From positions 4,797 through 68,796 of the forward strand of contig CAYPLY010000001.1 of assembly GCA_964412025.1 (NCBI GenBank): a stretch of 64,000 nucleotides of DNA, given 5' to 3'. The stretch's first letter is position 1. Every line of letters begins with the position of its first letter. Made by a program: the position numbers and the translations under genes. This DNA is from Candidatus Woesearchaeota archaeon. GTDB lineage: Archaea > Nanobdellota > Nanobdellia > Pacearchaeales > GW2011-AR1. This document shows positions 30,201-37,874 of the stretch, in pieces. The notes below the pieces were generated by a model. That model was not told the origin of the DNA. It worked only from the letters and a program-made list of their open reading frames with translations, and did no database searches.

Positions 30201-31686
30201 ATCCAACTATTGAGACTTCTTTTCCTTTAACGTCTTTGGGTAGGGAAACCCCTCCTGTTTTTGGATGCTCAAAAGGTATGAAGTAGAAATCTTCTCCAAC
30301 GACCGCCCACTTTCCTATAGTCATAGTAGCATGAGTAAATCCAGTTACTCCAGATACAATTGCATCATAAACTCCTGCTCCTGTTTTACCAGATTGTAAG
30401 GTGTTTGCGTATGAGTTTACAGAAGCAAGGTCGTTTGCATCGAGTCTTTCTTTGTGTTCCGGAGCAGCGAATAAATATACATATAAATCCTTGGATAATT
30501 CACTTCCGTCCCAAGAACCCACATATCCCAAATAAACTGATTTTTGCCCATCGGGAGTTTTGTATAACCAATCTCCCACCTCATACTCTCCTACTTCTCC
30601 ATCTATCTTCAGTTTAACTCTTGGAGATATTCCAAGAGATACTGTCTGAGGTTTATCTCCATTGCAATGTACTTTTACGCTTTGATAAAGTCCTTCTTTA
30701 TTTATGTCTTTTACATAACATTTATTATCAAGGAATTTTTCATTTTTTGCAACTTCAATGTAATCAGAACCTACCTTTAATTTTACTCTCGTATCTGGAT
30801 TAACTAAATCTTGTAATGTTACAGATAGTGTTGCAAGACAGGGGCTAAATCCGGGGAGATACAATTCATCGGATTTTTCTCCTTCATTTAAATGGAAGCT
30901 TGCATATTTTGATTTGCTGTAGGTTCTTCCTTCTCTTGAAAAAGTCCCAGAGCTTACTATTGTATCGTCGGAGTACATTACAATTTGGGCTCCTTCATTA
31001 TCTACAGATAATGCTCTTAGGTATCCTCTTCCTTCCCAAAAGCTGTATTGGATATACTTTTCATTCCATTCTTCATCACTCATTTCTTTAAGGTAAAAAT
31101 CTGTGTTTCCAACTCCAAATGCATTTTTTATGTCATATCTTACTTTTGCTGTAAGATTTCCCTGGACATATTCTGGCATTTGAGATTCGTTTGGTTGTTT
31201 TTTTATGGTTATTACAACATAACCTAAATCACTTAATATTGGGGAAGTTAACACCCCTTCTTGATTTGAAGTTCCAAGTGCAGCTTTAGAAGGGAAATAT
31301 CCAACACTTCTAACTTGCTCGGAAAGTTCTTGTTGTGAGGGAGCAAAGCTCAGATAATCTATTGCTTCTATTTCTATTAAGGGATTAATTTGAGTTGCTC
31401 CTAATTGGCAATAAACCTGAACATCTTGTTCTTCCAACAAATCGCTTCTTACAACGGCAGGAGTGCATCCAAAAGGAACTATTTGTATTAATAAGTCAGT
31501 TCCTCCTTCTTCACACATAGATTTATCAAACTGTAGGCTACTTCCACTTCCAAATGCTCCTATTCCTATTGTGTTTGAATATTGCATTCCGCTTGTTACT
31601 GCACGAGTATATGCTGAAACAGATGAAATTAGTATTAATCCTACAAGTAGTATTAGCATTCCAATTAAGTGTCTTTTATTTATCAT
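24259..31686 (-). CDS. giant (2475 aa) secreted Cys-rich protein with C-terminal lytic transglycosylase (SLT/GH23-like) and CHAP amidase/peptidase domains
   Basis: Sec-type signal MINKRHLIGMLILLVGLILISSVSA. C-terminal region LLLAIMVQESSCRSV...GLMQIN...YALRGYNGW (SLT catalytic Glu, GLMQ and Y-x-GW motifs). It is followed by NVCATFVSNV ... GDLIIWGG ... YQHITIF (CHAP Cys/His). A Thr/Gly linker TTGGTSTGTSTGGTTTSTP precedes the C-terminal module. Confidence 0.8.
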   Translation of the reverse strand: MINKRHLIGMLILLVGLILISSVSAYTRAVTSGMQYSNTIGIGAFGSGSSLQFDKSMCEEGGTDLLIQIVPFGCTPAVVRSDLLEEQDVQVYCQLGATQINPLIEIEAIDYLSFAPSQQELSEQVRSVGYFPSKAALGTSNQEGVLTSPILSDLGYVVITIKKQPNESQMPEYVQGNLTAKVRYDIKNAFGVGNTDFYLKEMSDEEWNEKYIQYSFWEGRGYLRALSVDNEGAQIVMYSDDTIVSSGTFSREGRTYSKSKYASFHLNEGEKSDELYLPGFSPCLATLSVTLQDLVNPDTRVKLKVGSDYIEVAKNEKFLDNKCYVKDINKEGLYQSVKVHCNGDKPQTVSLGISPRVKLKIDGEVGEYEVGDWLYKTPDGQKSVYLGYVGSWDGSELSKDLYVYLFAAPEHKERLDANDLASVNSYANTLQSGKTGAGVYDAIVSGVTGFTHATMTIGKWAVVGEDFYFIPFEHPKTGGVSLPKDVKGKEVSIVGFGEGADQGILKIEENEYSLERDTSIFSLFGRTIYTIKQGNEKTGLIVEELKSDLGQSILILGADDIVAKTSLLKKYGAFYSETGCNNYLNCPSNYTLSTNSNFDPPSNLDDFFEHIIGARIIPKENKLIVERATYTDSPDELFNQYYENAMNDFQTVRSSFSGEKDSESSIETYGERALYEAIALSIKLNKKRTALELCEEFKERYEESTLYPTVLSICEDDYRISSDTLSTMEVSINGRVKEISLLGIDDPQFEDYGVELYVRGPNGVTRTFELEKDKKINLEGFRENELEREEYIMLSSLETESADVYIYVADESTWQKGFASDTKKLEIDKAFPYGGYVFTLKKINLEKSAKVAIRGNTNFEYSEVDFNFKVGIEKRSFPLTPEKAASKIETLNKQIESIEKVSNTLAGVVKVWKYACTGTAGFLTFKNMLSNMGGKSIARQKVMQGENGWTEKCENLVRDNPREYPSLDSCFYKNADEIDSQVEETYKYIQFENQRIKKAEEGTNTQEGWINDYSEKTRETLSESSIQQAINNEEISETKKIEFQNINNILTEGGFKEGVYSTDQLKEIGLYSEILNDPSSSDELKETATKRLYTVLRDVQVNSQTYSSQISLKETSGLSSSGVWNLKGIKTTEIPVYYIETFANTEYVKNGYTGASIDRNKPVYVVKDERGFGTFLLTYKLDGDKGVVEQTYKIDETTKTISLYRENGKEEGVVQENPFNIVFQRYDKNSLKNTYKNAELKYYEEEPNKGNPAIVPLDKATGWYAATKPMLTSETLKAYDDSGRIEVFWICNVGQDGLEDFFSEARDDKCEMINLRTGQALNQVLGLSENEASAMVEKARQSIEEAQRAYASGARRVRIGGVSYDVGSPAVQTPAVQCQDFMSPKECQILFNVCDPVVCPSSRCDLGGTYPVQDVIQSGVIGSIALCLPNAKEGIVVPICVSGVQTGLDGFLSVQKSYRDCLQQNIETGETVGICDEVYSIYICDFFWRQALPLAKLTIPKILSAIFKENPRGGGEYLGVKDALSKAQDSIEFFKGFYAENSWKAFKLRSTDEVGAEVCKSFPSVIFPGSGDFLDSLTDPDSPTQYTGKFQEIPYTTATNPPTSHYKVSYHIYAGKDTGVYYQVALKQGTGSSYYQDTMFDRKVASGYIPAGEYATNSTDFTAPSGFKYLCITVNGRENCDFEQVSTSFAVNYMSELYIQEQTTTQVKTEEECISGTASLYSLLNPNIQNAAEEILDPKIYENGIIRVCATDNPGKGTDESWEDPEEARWTPVGVCGDTKVKCWLDRDKVKEIVHSLNIEDNILSQTATNYENVLFNEGDYLTTKEFKEAIEDIKDETYVKKKIEMIDELWDKIFFNNQKAKLFLMRGQLYSALAIGEYSVNLMEAAIVSGTTTGGTSTGTSTGGTTTSTPENLQAQFNAKYISPYFHFNDKNPLTLDDRCYRYYNSKWQFAFTCSTTVPWYDVDSLGTEYTNHVSEENEELIIALQDKDGDYLGGLKILINKIIGDKNAELSDETLETTTLDEEGLFTVKFKDVDYEPMKKLYYKYENGDWFWQIDDMFEGGGVWQSMSNVAPGFNEEQKNIITMLKESDLYKGAAILFDYSSEEIQEMSEAFGEGETPTTYTNTLDSQLQRRDLTKLTNLMKALSTLGVLNTNLRCSCGENCDEYAKWITSAASSASSNIPDELLLLAIMVQESSCRSVTSGGDNGLMQINTIHCGTKGLPSDITQCKSILLSNEQLNINIGAQVLKEAYSSSSKIYTCVNPIERYSGWEYALRGYNGWNTDCSTGDSNYVRNVKEKYFELVRLYNGEAPSSCDNSQTGKRILSIAKNKLGEDTTRVENGAIVYDNVCATFVSNVLIEADTLPQFQSCTSDTIPYRDAIMELIDIFDKADFTEIPESEWKTGLKEGDLIIWGGSGSYDREYQHITIFSNYASTSPGITIIHDGGQSVDISSKTYTNPFGTTWYITHVWRAKCI

Positions 31687-33521
31687 CTAAGGTCTACGTC
31701 TAGTGTTTTAGTTTCAAATAAAATATAATTTGCTTGTATCTGTTCGAATGATGAAGGATTTGGCATACTTTCTGCATTAATATAAATTGTTTTTGAGTTT
31801 TGTAATTCATATTCGGATATGGAGTAATTTTGTTTTCCTCCTCCTGCAAGTGCACTTGAAATCATTTGTTGAGGGTAATCTACATTGAAGCATTGTTTCT
31901 CTGTTAAGCCTAATAATGAACCCAGCCCTCCTCTTGGGACATCTATACATTGTTCCATTGTTGTTTCTCCAAGACTTAATGAGGAATTTTTATATATTTG
32001 AACCTCTATCTCATAATCTCCTTCACTTAATTCTACCTTCTTCTCCTCAGGATACATTATCGTCTTTGAGAAATCGTCCGATATAAATGTGATTGATGCC
32101 TGCCCGTTATATTCCCTTCTATCAACATATAGATTTATTCCTATTTCATGTATTTTATTAAGGATTATCGATACACTTGTTTTATCAAGGGTGGTTGTGT
32201 GCATTAATTTCTCATCTCTATATCCCTCTGATCTTACATAAATATATCCATTAACACACTCAGGGAATCTGTCGTATAGTACCCCTCCTTCAGATTCTCC
32301 TATTAGACAACTTGTTCCAAGACATTGGTAAGATACGTTTCCATCTATCTTTTTTAAGTCATTTCCATATATACTTACAGTTACTAAAGAAGTTTTATCG
32401 TCGCAAAGTTCAGAGAATTCTCCTCCAATTGCCGAACCTTCTAGAGGCTTTCTTGGTTTATTTCCCAGTATTACTATTGCCAATGGGAATTGGAAAGTTT
32501 CTTCTCCAGACATAACTTGTACTAAAACAGGGTGTTTTAGATTATATACAAAGTGGTATGTAACGTAACAGAATCCTAATACTCCCAATCCGGCTTGAGT
32601 TCCTACCGGCTTAGCTATAAGCATGTTTCCTTCAGACGGAAGTACCTCAAAGCTATAAGGCCAATCTTTGGAATTTAGGAACTTTACATTATGGTCTGAG
32701 GGGATATCTTCAATTTCAACCTCAAAATAATCATTTTTATTTGAGCTTCCTTTTAATGCCATAGTATTTATTTCAATTGCTTCCTGTAAATCATTAAATA
32801 TGCTATTTGCTTCCCAAACTTTTGGAGAGCAAGTTAACTCAACTCCATCTACAGGAGCATACATTCTTAAAATATCAATGGTGTAATTTTCTAAAAATAG
32901 ATTTTCTTGCTCCTCTTCGTATACTTTAAGGGCAGATTCATAGAGAGAACCTAATTTGGAATCAATTATAATTTTATGCTCTCTTACAATATAGGTTTCA
33001 TCTTCTTTGGTTATAGAAAAATCCATTTTCAAGTTAAGAGTTATTTGTTTATCGTTTATTACTATTTCTACATCGGGTTCTTCCATAGTTATTTCATATC
33101 CCTGATTGTAATAATCTTCAAAATAACATCCTCTTGATTTGGATTCTATGAATTTTGATAAATCTTTTTCCATATCATTTATAGAAGGTACTTGTTCTTT
33201 GGGTACATTGTTTGCGGATACATAATACCAATAAGGAATTGAACTTCCTACGAAGTCAAGTTGAGAAGAGAAAGGCATATATTCGGAGCCTTCTTCGTAT
33301 TCAGGAAGATAAATATATCCTCCCTGACTTTCTAATAATTGAATTCCAACTTTAGCATCTTCTTCAATACAGGAAGTAAACGTTTTGTAAATCGGGTTCA
33401 TTTCTGAAGGTATTCTCCCCGGGAAAATGTCCTTCCAAAAAACAATAAACAACACAGCCATTGCAACTATTACAATTGCAAGAATAATAAAAATAGTAAC
33501 CTGCCCTCTTTTAAACCTCAT
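31683..33521 (-). CDS. 612-aa protein with class III (archaeal type IV pilin-like) signal peptide
   Basis: N-terminus MRFKRGQVTIFIILAIVIVAMAVLFIVFW. That is basic residues, then G, then Q, then a roughly 21-residue hydrophobic helix, which is the prepilin-peptidase substrate pattern. Its stop overlaps the start of the downstream giant gene by 4 nt (operon). Confidence 0.6.
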   Translation of the reverse strand: MRFKRGQVTIFIILAIVIVAMAVLFIVFWKDIFPGRIPSEMNPIYKTFTSCIEEDAKVGIQLLESQGGYIYLPEYEEGSEYMPFSSQLDFVGSSIPYWYYVSANNVPKEQVPSINDMEKDLSKFIESKSRGCYFEDYYNQGYEITMEEPDVEIVINDKQITLNLKMDFSITKEDETYIVREHKIIIDSKLGSLYESALKVYEEEQENLFLENYTIDILRMYAPVDGVELTCSPKVWEANSIFNDLQEAIEINTMALKGSSNKNDYFEVEIEDIPSDHNVKFLNSKDWPYSFEVLPSEGNMLIAKPVGTQAGLGVLGFCYVTYHFVYNLKHPVLVQVMSGEETFQFPLAIVILGNKPRKPLEGSAIGGEFSELCDDKTSLVTVSIYGNDLKKIDGNVSYQCLGTSCLIGESEGGVLYDRFPECVNGYIYVRSEGYRDEKLMHTTTLDKTSVSIILNKIHEIGINLYVDRREYNGQASITFISDDFSKTIMYPEEKKVELSEGDYEIEVQIYKNSSLSLGETTMEQCIDVPRGGLGSLLGLTEKQCFNVDYPQQMISSALAGGGKQNYSISEYELQNSKTIYINAESMPNPSSFEQIQANYILFETKTLDVDLR

Positions 33522-33580
33522 CTAGATTTAATGAAAATTACATATATAAAGTTTATTGAAATTTCAAAAAGAAATAAATT

Positions 33581-33796
33581 TTAGTATCTTTTTCTTATTG
33601 TGTTATATCTGTTAACCTTGAGGAAATTTATTCCTCCAAAAATTAAAAGAATTCCTCCGGCAAAAATTATCCATCTGTTTATATCAGAAGAGAATCCCGT
33701 AAATTTAGGTATAAATGTTATCCCAAAATTAAGAAAATATATACCTAAAAGTAAGTATAATATGAAAAAAATCATTCCTCCACCACTTCTTACCAT
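33581..33796 (-). CDS. small two-TM membrane protein (71 aa), first gene of the minus-strand surface operon
   Basis: Hydrophobic segments FFILYLLLGIYFLNFGITFI and WIIFAGGILLIFGGINFL. It has the same orientation as the pilin-like gene, 59 nt upstream of it. Confidence 0.4.
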   Translation of the reverse strand: MVRSGGGMIFFILYLLLGIYFLNFGITFIPKFTGFSSDINRWIIFAGGILLIFGGINFLKVNRYNTIRKRY

Positions 33797-33851
33797 GGTT
33801 AAAATAGAAAAGAAGTATATTTAAATATTTTTATTATGAATATTTTATATT

Positions 33852-34053
33852 GGTCCCATAGTTTAATGGTAGAACATGTCCTTGACGATGGGGTTCTTTA
33901 GAAAAGAACCTACAATGGTAGAAAGTGGGTTTTTCTTTTAGAAAAAGAAAATCTACAATGTAAAAGAAAAACTGCAAGAGTAGAAAAAAAGAAATTACAA
34001 TTGTAGAAAAAACTACCCTTGAGAATACAACATCAAAATGGACAGGGCTGCAG
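33852..34053 (+). tRNA. intron-containing tRNA (tentatively Val, anticodon GAC) with an intron of about 130 nt built from hairpin/direct repeats
   Basis: 5' exon GGTCCCA-TA-GTTT-AATGGTA-GAAC-A-TGTCC-TTGACG. 3' exon GGACA-GGGC-TGCAG-TCCGATT-CTGCA-TGGGACC-A. The acceptor and anticodon stems pair perfectly across the interruption. The interruption contains perfect hairpins GGTTCTTT-AGA-AAAGAACC and TTTTCTTTT-AGA-AAAAGAAAA, and repeated TACAAT(G)GTAGAAAA motifs. Confidence 0.5.
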
Positions 34054-34077
34054 TCCGATTCTGCATGGGACCATTTT

Positions 34078-34356
34078 CTAATTTCTTTTACTAATTTTCC
34101 CCCCCTTAACTTGTCCCCAATTATCTTTTAAGATTTGTATGTTCAATTCTTCTTTATTTATCTTTGAAATATAACATAAATCATTAAAAAGATTTTCAGG
34201 CAAAAGTCTTTCTTCGGCAAGATAGTTTTTCAGGGTAGAATAATTAATGCTTAATCTGTTCCCTAATTCCCTTAAGGATGGTGAATTTATTTTTTTCATT
34301 ACTTCTTTAATAAATTTCTTTTGTTCTCCTTTCTTGAATTCTACTCTATTATTCAT
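34078..34356 (-). CDS. possible small HTH DNA-binding protein (93 aa, from the internal Met)
   Basis: The translation ...INSPSLRELGNRLSINYSTLKNYLAEERLLP... looks like a helix-turn-helix. The longer version of this ORF overlaps rpl44e on the opposite strand, so the start at 34356 is preferred. Confidence 0.3.
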   Translation of the reverse strand: MNNRVEFKKGEQKKFIKEVMKKINSPSLRELGNRLSINYSTLKNYLAEERLLPENLFNDLCYISKINKEELNIQILKDNWGQVKGGKISKRN

Positions 34357-34372
34357 TAAATAACTGCGGGAC

Positions 34373-34382
34373 CAATATATAA
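34373..34382 (+). promoter_or_regulatory. TATA-like box for rpl44e
   Basis: ATATATAAAA lies about 35-45 nt upstream of the ATG at 34417. Confidence 0.3.
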
Positions 34383-34416
34383 AAAACTTTTTAAACCCTC
34401 TAAAATAAAGAGTTCT

Positions 34417-34728
34417 ATGAAAATTCCAAAAGTGACGAAAAGATTTTGTCCTTATTGTAAGAAAAAGACAGAACAAAAAATAAAATTAGTTGGAACGGGA
34501 TTCCAGAGAGGAACACTTACTAGAGGTTCAAAGTATAGGGCTAAATTAAGAGGGTTAGCAAGAGGAATAGGAAATAAAGGAAAATGGGGTTCAAAACCTG
34601 CCGCTTCTAAGTTTAAACGAAAATCTAAAACAACTAAAAAAACAAATATAATGTACACGTGCAAAGTCTGCAATAAATCTAAATACCAGAAGAAAGGTAT
34701 CAGACTAAGCAAACAAGTACAGGAGTAA
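34417..34728 (+). CDS. rpl44e: 50S ribosomal protein L44e
   Basis: C4 zinc ribbon CPYC...CKVC. Basic, 103 aa, with a typical L44e N-terminus MKIPKVTKRFCPYCKKKT. Confidence 0.85.
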   Translation: MKIPKVTKRFCPYCKKKTEQKIKLVGTGFQRGTLTRGSKYRAKLRGLARGIGNKGKWGSKPAASKFKRKSKTTKKTNIMYTCKVCNKSKYQKKGIRLSKQVQE

Positions 34729-34744
34729 ATAAAAATTAATTAAA

Positions 34745-35407
34745 ATGGCACAGGCAAAAAAGAAAAAAAGGTTTTTCGATGTAGAAATGCCTTTAATAAA
34801 CAAACAAACTCAAATCTTTGCTTATGAACTTTCAGAACTTGAAGGAAAATTCATAAAATACGATTTAACAAGAATATTAAGAGGTAAAAGCATACTTATG
34901 CAATTTAAGATTTCTATAAAGGAGCATCAGGCTATTGCTTATCCAAGAGGAATTCTTCTTATGCCTTATTTTTTAAGAAGGATGATAAGGAAAGGAACAG
35001 ATTATGTTGAAGATTCATTTACTGCAGATTGTAGGGATGCAACTCTTAAAATAAAGCCATTCTTAATAACCAGAAGAAAGGTTTCTAAGAGAGTAAGAAG
35101 AGGATTAAGAGATAAAGCTAGAGAAGAGATAAAGAGATATATTAAAGATAAACCTTCTCAGAGGATATTTGAAGATATACTTAAGAATAAACTTCAAAAG
35201 GAGTTAAGTTTGTTGTTGAAGAAGATTTATCCTCTTTCATTGTGTGAAATCAAATTTGTAGATATTGATAAGGATTTAGAAGTGAAGGAAAAATCAAAAG
35301 AAGAGAAAGAAAATAAAGAAGAAAACCCTGAAAAAGACAATAAAGAAAAGAAAGAGAAAAAATCAAAAAAGAAAGAAGAAAAAGAAGTGGATTCTGAAGA
35401 AAACTAA
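34745..35407 (+). CDS. rps3ae: 30S ribosomal protein S3Ae (S1e) with a K/E-rich C-terminal tail
   Basis: The pattern DLTRILRGKSILMQFKI...YFLRRMIRKGTDYVED...ATLKIKPFLIT matches conserved S3Ae blocks (..LGDLTG.F....KL.FK.. / Y.RS.VRR). Confidence 0.65.
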   Translation: MAQAKKKKRFFDVEMPLINKQTQIFAYELSELEGKFIKYDLTRILRGKSILMQFKISIKEHQAIAYPRGILLMPYFLRRMIRKGTDYVEDSFTADCRDATLKIKPFLITRRKVSKRVRRGLRDKAREEIKRYIKDKPSQRIFEDILKNKLQKELSLLLKKIYPLSLCEIKFVDIDKDLEVKEKSKEEKENKEENPEKDNKEKKEKKSKKKEEKEVDSEEN

Positions 35408-35451
35408 AGACAATCTATAAAATACGAAATCTTTTAAAGCACTTATATATT

Positions 35452-35475
35452 TGTTTTATCATACCTGTATAGCTC
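35452..35475 (+). pseudogene. partial 5' duplicate of the tRNA-Thr gene (acceptor plus D-arm fragment)
   Basis: CCTGTATAGCTCAGCGATAG is identical to nt 2-21 of the tRNA-Thr 55 nt downstream. It then diverges and has no anticodon or T arm. Confidence 0.35.
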
Positions 35476-35530
35476 AGCGATAGGCTCAGATTAACATCTG
35501 GCCAAATCACTTTGCTTAGGGTATTAATAA

Positions 35531-35602
<72 letters not shown>

Positions 35603-35659
35603 TTTGGACTTCTGTTGTATTCCAATAATATTTATAAATAATTATTCCCATTTTATAAT

Positions 35660-36289
35660 ATGGTAGAAAGAGGGGAAATTGCCTTCAATAAAAAGGTTAT
35701 ACGTGAAGCAAAAAAAAGACATGGAGATGAAATTGAGTCTTGGAAAAAGGATTTAGAAGAAGCAATAATTACTAGCTATAATTTCATAAAAAAATATCCA
35801 AAAAAATCTGAAAAGAAATTCGAATCTGTTAAATTATTATTAGAAGATGGTCTGGCTTTATTGGAAGATAGAACCTATAAAGAAAATTTCTCGGAGGGAA
35901 GAGAAATATTTTATTATATGAAGGAAGCTATATCCAAAAAAGAAAGCAAAGTTGTTTTATCTAAAGAGATAGATAAATATAGAAAAAACCTTGCATTGAG
36001 GGGAGGGGTGTTAGTTGAGAAGTCTCATTTAAAACAAGATTATGGAAATAAGGATTCAGATATTGTGCGTTATTATGATAAACATGTTGGAAATATAGCT
36101 GTAGGATTAGAGAAATCAATAACTGCTGTTTCAGCCTTATCAATGGCTTTGGGAATTGCATTGGGTTATCCTGCTTTGACCGGAAATGCCATAGCGAATA
36201 CTTTTGCAGGTTCTTTTAGTTACGGGGCCATACTTTTTATGGTTGGACTTCTTGGAGTATTTTTATCTAATAGGAATAAGTTTAAGTGA
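35660..36289 (+). CDS. hypothetical protein with C-terminal transmembrane helices
   Basis: 209-aa ORF. The C-terminus AVSALSMALGIALGYPALTGNAIANTFAGSFSYGAILFMVGLLGVFL is hydrophobic. No recognisable family. Confidence 0.5.
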   Translation: MVERGEIAFNKKVIREAKKRHGDEIESWKKDLEEAIITSYNFIKKYPKKSEKKFESVKLLLEDGLALLEDRTYKENFSEGREIFYYMKEAISKKESKVVLSKEIDKYRKNLALRGGVLVEKSHLKQDYGNKDSDIVRYYDKHVGNIAVGLEKSITAVSALSMALGIALGYPALTGNAIANTFAGSFSYGAILFMVGLLGVFLSNRNKFK

Positions 36290-36335
36290 TAAAAATTATT
36301 TTCTATTTTATTTGAGGAAAGTTATATTAAAAGAA

Positions 36336-36665
36336 TTATCTTAATTTCACAGCAGTGCCGTATGCAAGCATCTCTGAAGCACCCTGCATGACCATTGATG
36401 TTGAAAAATTAAAACCTATAATTGCATCTGCTCCCATTTTTATTGCGTCATTAATCATTCTATTAAATGCTTCATCTCTTGATTGTGCTGTCATCTCCGT
36501 GTAAGTTTGTATTTCTCCCCCCACTAAGTTTTTTAGACCTGCCCCAATATCTCTGCCAATATTTCTTGCTCTTACAGTATTTCCTCTTGCTATTCCGATT
36601 ACTTTAGAAATTGCTCTTCCAGGTATCTCAAATGCTGTTGTAACAATTATTTCTTTATTTGCCAT
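36336..36665 (-). CDS. YbjQ/UPF0145 family protein (DUF74)
   Basis: 109 aa. IVTTAFEIPGRAISKVIGIARGNTVRARNIGRDIGAGLKNLVGGEIQTYTEMT...AIIGFNF is the characteristic UPF0145 pattern. Confidence 0.75.
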   Translation of the reverse strand: MANKEIIVTTAFEIPGRAISKVIGIARGNTVRARNIGRDIGAGLKNLVGGEIQTYTEMTAQSRDEAFNRMINDAIKMGADAIIGFNFSTSMVMQGASEMLAYGTAVKLR

Positions 36666-36666
36666 A

Positions 36667-36873
36667 TTATTTTTTATATTCTTTTTCTTTTAAATCCTTT
36701 CTTTTTTCTATTTGGTCTTCTTTTTTATTGAAGATTATAACGATTCCAATTATTATCAGAGGTATTCCATATATTAGCATAAATAATGTTACTAACATCG
36801 AGATTATTGTTAATATTACTCCGAGTGTTATTAGTGCTATTCCAACAATAATTCTGCTTGTACTGATTGTCAT
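36667..36873 (-). CDS. small membrane protein (68 aa) translationally coupled to the YbjQ-like gene
   Basis: Two hydrophobic helices followed by a K/E-rich tail. Its stop abuts the YbjQ start. Confidence 0.4.
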   Translation of the reverse strand: MTISTSRIIVGIALITLGVILTIISMLVTLFMLIYGIPLIIIGIVIIFNKKEDQIEKRKDLKEKEYKK

Positions 36874-36905
36874 GATATTATTTAGGGAATGGTGTTTAAT
36901 AAATA

Positions 36906-37463
36906 TTACTTATCAATTATCTCAACTTTTCTTCCATCAGAGAGTATTTTTGCAATTTCTCTTGGAAGATTAGCAATATCTCCTTTTTGATAGGGCCCCA
37001 TTTTTGTTTCATCTGCTCCAAGAAATTCTTCAACATCATCAAGGAAAACTACTAGATCATTATTTTTTGTTACCTCTCCTTTAATCCCACTTAAAAGTTC
37101 ATTTAGTTTCTTTTCTGAAGAATCCATGCAACTCATTAGTCCTTCAAACAGCTCTTTTTCTATTGCAAGCATATTTTCAAAGTCTTGTTTTGAGATTCCG
37201 GTTTCTGTTGCTATTAATACCAGATTAAGTATCTTCTTCCTTCTTCTTATTATCAATTCTTTAAACAGGGTTGTTGCATTTTCTAATTGTTTTTTTGTTT
37301 TAATTATAACATCTGAAAAATCCTCGCTATCTTTTGCAGCAATCTCTTTTTTATCTTTTATATATTTAGCAACCTCAGATATGAAATTCTTAGGTATTTG
37401 CTGGAGTTGTTCCGAATATCTCTCTTTTCTTGCAGCCTCATATATATCATTGTATGTTATCAT
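36906..37463 (-). CDS. probable GINS complex subunit (Gins51/Gins15-like)
   Basis: The N-terminal helical pattern YNDIYEAARKERYSEQLQQIPKNFISEVAKYIKD resembles the archaeal GINS A-domain (..ER.s.eLq.ip.dFy.ev..Y..). 185 aa. Confidence 0.45.
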   Translation of the reverse strand: MITYNDIYEAARKERYSEQLQQIPKNFISEVAKYIKDKKEIAAKDSEDFSDVIIKTKKQLENATTLFKELIIRRRKKILNLVLIATETGISKQDFENMLAIEKELFEGLMSCMDSSEKKLNELLSGIKGEVTKNNDLVVFLDDVEEFLGADETKMGPYQKGDIANLPREIAKILSDGRKVEIIDK

Positions 37464-37533
37464 CTAAAAAAAGAAGAACCAACGTTTTTAATAATTGTTG
37501 TATTATATAAAAAGGGTTACAGATGATTATCTT

Positions 37534-37872
37534 TTATTTATAACTGAATTTCTCTTTAAACCCAAAGTAGTATATGTTCATCTTATGCATTTTCATATCC
37601 TCAGTGTTTCTTGAATTAAATTTTCCTCCTCTTTTCATCCAGTAATCTAGGATCTGTTCTGAGGTAAATATTTCTCCATTTGGGGAGACTACAGAAAGAC
37701 TTTTGTCCACATTTCCAGGGTAATCTTTGTCTTCAAGCATACCAAATCCTTCTTCTTCTAATTTTGTACAACTATGAATAATCTGTTTGTTTAAGTGGCT
37801 TGAATTATTCCTCTCATCAAAACTATATGCCCATAGAATTTTTTTCCTTAATGTATTCTCACTTTCTTTCAT
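37534..37872 (-). CDS. hypothetical protein (112 aa)
   Basis: Last gene of a tightly packed three-gene minus-strand unit (38535 to 37534). No recognisable motif. Confidence 0.45.
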   Translation of the reverse strand: MKESENTLRKKILWAYSFDERNNSSHLNKQIIHSCTKLEEEGFGMLEDKDYPGNVDKSLSVVSPNGEIFTSEQILDYWMKRGGKFNSRNTEDMKMHKMNIYYFGFKEKFSYK

Positions 37873-37874
37873 CT

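Noticed and set aside
24962-31690. About a dozen plus-strand ORFs of 60-130 aa within 24962-31690
   Set aside because: All are antisense to the 2475-codon minus-strand gene. Their L/F/S-rich composition is typical of shadow frames.
33600-33824. ORF 33600-33824 (+) versus ORF 33581-33796 (-)
   Set aside because: The two overlap almost entirely. The minus-strand version encodes two clean TM helices and continues the minus-strand operon. The plus-strand version is a K/I/P-rich translation without structure.
34078-34476. Full-length 132-aa minus ORF starting at 34476
   Set aside because: Its N-terminal 40 codons overlap the well-supported rpl44e on the other strand. The shorter start at 34356 was kept, with low confidence.
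34452-34712. ORF 34452-34712 (-)
   Set aside because: Antisense to rpl44e.
35961-37467. ORFs 35961-36161 (-), 36659-36973 (+), 37126-37467 (+)
   Set aside because: These are antisense shadows of the 35660 ORF, the small membrane protein at 36667 plus the spacer, and the GINS-like gene respectively.
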